IMG/VR virus record: IMGVR_UViG_3300037067_021324
DNA length: 20,000 nucleotides
Reading direction: 5' to 3' (one strand)
Source: an uncultured virus (IMG/VR IMGVR_UViG_3300037067_021324)
Lineage: Duplodnaviria > Heunggongvirae > Uroviricota > Caudoviricetes
Shown piece by piece: positions 16,934 through 20,000 of the stretch. Position 1 is the stretch's first letter, and each line of letters begins with the position of its first letter. Under the pieces are notes generated by a model. The model searched no databases. It saw only the letters and a program-made list of their open reading frames with translations, and was not told the DNA's origin. Made by a program: the position numbers and the translations under genes.

Positions 16934-17002
16934 GGGGAAAATAGCTTAAAGTAGAGCGATTGCTTTGACAAGATGTTGGTGGTTCATATCCATCTTTCCC
17001 CA
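16934..17002 (+). tRNA. Degenerate tRNA-like gene (possible TTG anticodon, malformed anticodon arm)
   Basis: Acceptor GGGGAAA/TTTCCCC, D stem GCTT/GAGC, T arm GGTGG-TTCATAT-CCATC; anticodon arm only TTG-CTTTGA-CAA. Confidence 0.55.
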
Positions 17003-17007
17003 CAAAT

Positions 17008-17190
17008 GGCTGTCTAACACATTTCAGATTGTGTAGTGATTAGAGAAATTAAATAACAATCAGCTGTAGTTATTTGAAAGTAAAAATTCATAAAACATGT
17101 AAAACCAATGTATAGCTTACATTGCGAAATGAGGTGTTAAATTCTAGAAGTAGCTATCTAGAGTTGGGGGTTCGAATCCTTCGGCGGCTA
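17008..17190 (+). ncRNA. tRNA-scaffold RNA with large structured insert
   Basis: Acceptor GGCTGTC/GGCGGCT-A, TA linker, D stem ACAC/GTGT, T arm GGGGG-TTCGAAT-CCTTC; about 130 nt between D and T arms with three AGCT-loop hairpins. Confidence 0.6.
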
Positions 17191-17220
17191 CAAATTATTA
17201 ACAAATTAATATTGTATATT

Positions 17221-17655
17221 ATGAAACAATTAAAAAGTTCTACAATGCTTGAAGCATGTAAATATCAGAAGCCTTCGGCTTTCAGTAGAGGAATGTCAGT
17301 AAAACTAAAAATGGACACCGAAATGATATTTATATCTGGAACAGCGAGTGTGGGAGAAAATGGAGATACATTATACAAAGGAAATTTTAAAAAGCAAACA
17401 AAGAGAATGTTTGAAAATATTACAGCTCTTTTGAAAAATGGAGGAATAACCTGGAAAAATGTAATCAAAACCACAATTTACTTAAGAGATATTGACCGTG
17501 ATTATGAAGAATTTAATGTTATAAGAAAAGATTTTTATGACAAAATGGGGTTAAGCATATATCCTGCTTCAGTTTGTGTAGAAGCAAAATTATGTAGAAA
17601 TGATTTATTAGTAGAAATGGAGTTAATAGCAATAAAAGATGAAACCGTACAATAA
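17221..17655 (+). CDS. Rid (YjgF/YER057c/UK114) family protein
   Basis: PSAFSRG, IFISGTAS, QT..MFENI..LL, V.KTTIYL.D, FN..R..F, PAS..V...LCR.DLLVEME.IA; ATG at 17221. Confidence 0.88.
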   Translation: MKQLKSSTMLEACKYQKPSAFSRGMSVKLKMDTEMIFISGTASVGENGDTLYKGNFKKQTKRMFENITALLKNGGITWKNVIKTTIYLRDIDRDYEEFNVIRKDFYDKMGLSIYPASVCVEAKLCRNDLLVEMELIAIKDETVQ

Positions 17656-18088
17656 ATTTAAATCTTTCCAAATAAGATGGAAAGAAAAAATGGGGAAAGA
17701 TAAAAATGACCCATATCTTATTAGATGGACATTTATATTTTTTAATTATTCCATCAGGATTCATAAATGGATAAGGTCAGATGATAAGAGATTTTTTCAT
17801 GACCATTCTTGTAATCTTGTATCAATGATTTTAAAGGGATGGTATTATAATGTGATTCCAGTTGACCCTGAAAATCCAGATGTAAATAATTGTAAAAAAA
17901 TAAGAGCAAAAGCATGGAAACCATGGTATGCAAATGCAAAGAAAAAACATTATTTGGAAATTCCTAAAGAAGGTGCCTGGACAATATTATTCTGTGGAAG
18001 GCCATACCACAAATGGGGATTCTATGTAAAAGGAAAAAGAGTAAGACCATTAAAATATTTTTATAAGTATGGAATGGTAAATGAATAA
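17639..18088 (+). CDS. Cupin-like phage protein
   Basis: YL.RW....F..SIRIH....SDD.R.FHDH...L.S.ILKGWY and H.LE....AWTILF.G....KWGF motifs. Confidence 0.7.
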   Translation: MKPYNKFKSFQIRWKEKMGKDKNDPYLIRWTFIFFNYSIRIHKWIRSDDKRFFHDHSCNLVSMILKGWYYNVIPVDPENPDVNNCKKIRAKAWKPWYANAKKKHYLEIPKEGAWTILFCGRPYHKWGFYVKGKRVRPLKYFYKYGMVNE

Positions 18089-18093
18089 AAGAG

Positions 18094-18300
18094 CGCCCTT
18101 TAGCTCAGTTGGTCAGAGTACCTGTCATCGAAAATTTCGTATTAGCTATACGAGAGAATAGATGGAGTATGAGTGGAATTATTGAAAGTAAAAAAAGTGG
18201 AGTGTTAAAAAGCTATTAATGTGAAACTAGAATGAAATCAATTTGGAAATAAGTACTTTATACTTGCAGGAGGTCCGAGGTTCGAATCCAAGGGGGGCGA
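18094..18300 (+). ncRNA. tRNA with anticodon loop replaced by a 140 nt structured insert
   Basis: Acceptor CGCCCTT/GGGGGCG-A, TAGCTCAGTTGGTCAGAGT D arm, anticodon stem CCTGT/GCAGG, variable loop AGGTC, T loop TTCGAAT (T stem has two mismatches); insert 18126-18265. Confidence 0.7.
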
Positions 18301-18452
18301 GGCAACTAAATTAACTCACTTGCACGAAGTGGTTGCTGCATAGCGAAAGCTAACTAAGAAGTTAATAAGCGTTCTTTGATGTATTTAAGTATAAATAAAA
18401 TCATTTAACTGATTTTTTTAAAAATTTGTTATATAACAAAAATAATTGGGAA

Positions 18453-18935
18453 CTAATGTTTACACTTTTTGCAAGATTGTTTTCCGCAATAAGTTTCTGT
18501 TTGACTATGACAGTTTGGACACAGAAATCTCAGATTGCTCAATCTATTATCATTGTTAATGCCATTTTTGTGGTCTAATTGTAATGTTAATGTTTTATCT
18601 AGCCATTCACCATTATTGTTGCACTCACAACATGTATACTGTAAAAGACCTGCTTTGATAATTCTTAATTTCAATCTATAATTATTATTATATTGTGAAT
18701 CCTGTACAAGGATTTCATTTAATGGCACCCCACGTTCTCCACACAATTTGTGTCCCAACATATGGCTGACAGATAATTCTTCATCACGTATTCTGTTGTT
18801 GATTTTATTGTAATTTGACGCACTTGTATATTTATATCCAAGTTTTAACAAAGCATGCTTAATGCTCACACTCGATTCAATTACTTTTTTAAATTCCTCT
18901 TTAGAAATTGAATCAATTTTTGTTTTGTTTTTCAT
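18453..18935 (-). CDS. HNH endonuclease (tRNA-cluster associated, homing-type)
   Basis: C..C...W....L.LQLDHKNG...DNRLSNLRFLCPNCHSQT motif; lies antisense between tRNA genes; TAG stop. Confidence 0.92.
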   Translation of the reverse strand: MKNKTKIDSISKEEFKKVIESSVSIKHALLKLGYKYTSASNYNKINNRIRDEELSVSHMLGHKLCGERGVPLNEILVQDSQYNNNYRLKLRIIKAGLLQYTCCECNNNGEWLDKTLTLQLDHKNGINNDNRLSNLRFLCPNCHSQTETYCGKQSCKKCKH

Positions 18936-19036
18936 AATTTTTTATTATAAATATATAAAAAAACAAAAAACTTGAATAGATGTCCAAATAAATGTTAAAT
19001 TAAAATGGAGTATTATAATAAATTAAAAAACAAAAT

Positions 19037-19110
19037 GGGAATGTAGCTCAGAGGCAGAGCAATCCACTCTAGATGGATTTTGGTCGCAGGTTCGAATCCT
19101 GTCTTTCCTT
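19037..19110 (+). tRNA. tRNA with CUA anticodon (amber suppressor 1)
   Basis: Acceptor GGGAATG/CTTTCCT (one U-U), D arm GCTC-AGAGGCA-GAGC, anticodon arm ATCCA-CTCTAGA-TGGAT (CTA at 19069-19071), T arm GCAGG-TTCGAAT-CCTGT; CCA not encoded. Confidence 0.85.
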
Positions 19111-19165
19111 CAATTGCACAAGGTGTACAGTTATAAATTAAAATAAAAATTTAAAAAAAATAATT

Positions 19166-19603
19166 ATGGAAACACAATTAAAAGAAAAAGTAGACTTAGC
19201 AAATCTTAAAAAGATTGAAGATTATTTAGAAACAACGTCCAAGCACTTGTTTTTAACAGAAGATGGAAAGTTTTTTAAAGCTTTCTCGGTAAAAATAAAA
19301 GACAAATTGTATTGTATAACATTAAATTTTGATGGAGTAGAATCAAATAATGTAACAATTATTGATGTGGAACGTTATATTCCACGTTATGGAAACAATA
19401 CAAAAAATGTAATTTCTCACTTTTTATTCCCGCCACATGTAAATAGAAGAACATCTATATCAAGTTTCAAAGCTATGAAAGAAAAGGTGAATGAAATTAA
19501 AAAATTCATTGAGGAAAAATTTGATGGAAAAAACATAGAAATTATTGTAAATGAAATTAAAAAAATGCTTGTTGGATTAACAGTAAAGAAGGAAGGGGAT
19601 TAA
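19166..19603 (+). CDS. Hypothetical protein
   Basis: 145 aa ORF with AATT-ATG start, between the two CUA tRNAs. Confidence 0.75.
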   Translation: METQLKEKVDLANLKKIEDYLETTSKHLFLTEDGKFFKAFSVKIKDKLYCITLNFDGVESNNVTIIDVERYIPRYGNNTKNVISHFLFPPHVNRRTSISSFKAMKEKVNEIKKFIEEKFDGKNIEIIVNEIKKMLVGLTVKKEGD

Positions 19604-19619
19604 TCTCCTTCCTTTTTTT
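19591..19619 (+). terminator. Intrinsic terminator
   Basis: GGAAGGGGA-TTAA-TCTCCTTCC followed by T7. Confidence 0.8.
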
Positions 19620-19646
19620 GTAACTTTTTTTGTTCTTTCTCGTATA
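19620..19646 (+). promoter_or_regulatory. GTAAC-N16-CGTATA promoter-like motif (copy 4)
   Basis: GTAAC 19620-19624, CGTATA 19641-19646; upstream of the second CUA tRNA. Confidence 0.7.
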
Positions 19647-19684
19647 TATTAATATGAAATGGAAAACATTCATATAGAATATAA

Positions 19685-19757
19685 CCCCCCATAGCTCAGT
19701 TGATTAGAGCAGTGGACTCTAAATCCATGGTCGAGAGTTTGAATCTCTCTGGGGTGG
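19685..19757 (+). tRNA. tRNA with CUA anticodon (amber suppressor 2)
   Basis: Acceptor CCCCCCA/TGGGGTG (one mismatch), D arm GCTC-AGTTGATTA-GAGC, anticodon arm GTGGA-CTCTAAA-TCCAT (CTA at 19719-19721), T arm GAGAG-TTTGAAT-CTCTC. Confidence 0.85.
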
Positions 19758-19790
19758 ACAACATTTTTCGTTTCTTTCTGTTTTGTTTCT

Positions 19791-19832
19791 AAATCTCTTT
19801 AAAATTATTTGATTTTGAGGAGATTTTTTTTT
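19791..19832 (+). terminator. Probable terminator after the tRNA
   Basis: AAATCTCTTTAAAAT...ATTTTGAGGAGATTT followed by a T run. Confidence 0.55.
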
Positions 19833-19854
19833 ATATTATATAAAATATAAAAAT

Positions 19855-20000
19855 ATGAAAGCACAGATTACAAAAAAAATTGATTCAAAAATAGAACAAA
19901 TTGTGTGGGAGAATGAAGTAATGTATTTAGAAACTAAATCTTCTCAAAATGGAATAAGAGAATACTCAATTAGTCTTCTTCCAGAATCTAAAGAATTTCC
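19855..20000 (+). CDS. Hypothetical protein, partial at window edge
   Basis: MKAQITKKIDSKIEQIVWENEVMYLETKSSQNGIREYSISLLPESKEF..., open to the end. Confidence 0.65.
   Translation, partial: MKAQITKKIDSKIEQIVWENEVMYLETKSSQNGIREYSISLLPESKEF

Noticed and set aside
16719..17003. 94 aa minus-strand ORF
   Set aside because: Antisense to two tRNA-like elements and a plus-strand gene.
17008..17190. tmRNA
   Set aside because: About half the usual size, no G3-U70 alanine identity pair, has a D stem, and no convincing tag frame.
17122..17220. N-terminal extension of the Rid ORF
   Set aside because: Runs through the T arm of the tRNA-like RNA; the ATG at 17221 fits the family length.
18126..18265. Group I intron in a tRNA
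   Set aside because: Short, no recognisable P7 core, and no U|...G| splice that rebuilds an anticodon loop.
19685..19757. tRNA-Pyl, or tRNA-Arg(UCU)
   Set aside because: The anticodon arm resembles tRNA-Pyl, but the two-base 8-9 linker, long D loop and 4 nt variable loop are canonical, and no pyl genes are seen. The 5 bp stem and 7 nt loop centre CUA, not UCU.
1..20000. Genome-wide TAG reassignment (code 15)
   Set aside because: Long genes are intact under code 11 and only one internal TAG was found. Recoding elsewhere in the genome cannot be excluded.

Overview
AT-rich, gene-dense fragment that most likely comes from a large (jumbo-type) phage of a Bacteroidota host. Supporting this: TTTG-N19/20-TAnnTTTG promoters, no Shine-Dalgarno sites, many small hypothetical genes, T5orf172 and HNH nucleases, and tRNA clusters. 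Protein genes include ssb with a Q/N/P-rich repeat linker, a ClpC-like ATPase lacking the N-domain, a Ro60/TROVE protein, a metallophosphoesterase, an A1S_2505-like protein, a SemiSWEET/PQ-loop protein, a Rid-family protein and a cupin-like protein. The most interesting content is RNA-centred and missing from the ORF track. (1) Three tandem Y-RNA-like elements lie just upstream of ro60; one carries a circularly permuted tRNA module with an internal ACCA and another an anticodon-like stem-loop. (2) A PTH2-like peptidyl-tRNA hydrolase gene reads ATG-AAG-TAG, and two amber-suppressor tRNAs (CUA) lie 3-3.6 kb downstream, although other genes show no general TAG recoding. (3) Two tRNA-shaped RNAs carry large structured inserts with repeated AGCU-loop hairpins. 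(4) One promoter-like motif, GTAAC-N16-CGTATA, precedes four of these units. (5) A short integron-like cassette array (attC-like hairpins, no integrase in the window) lies at about 12.3-13.2 kb. All calls are by eye; no searches or folding programs were run.
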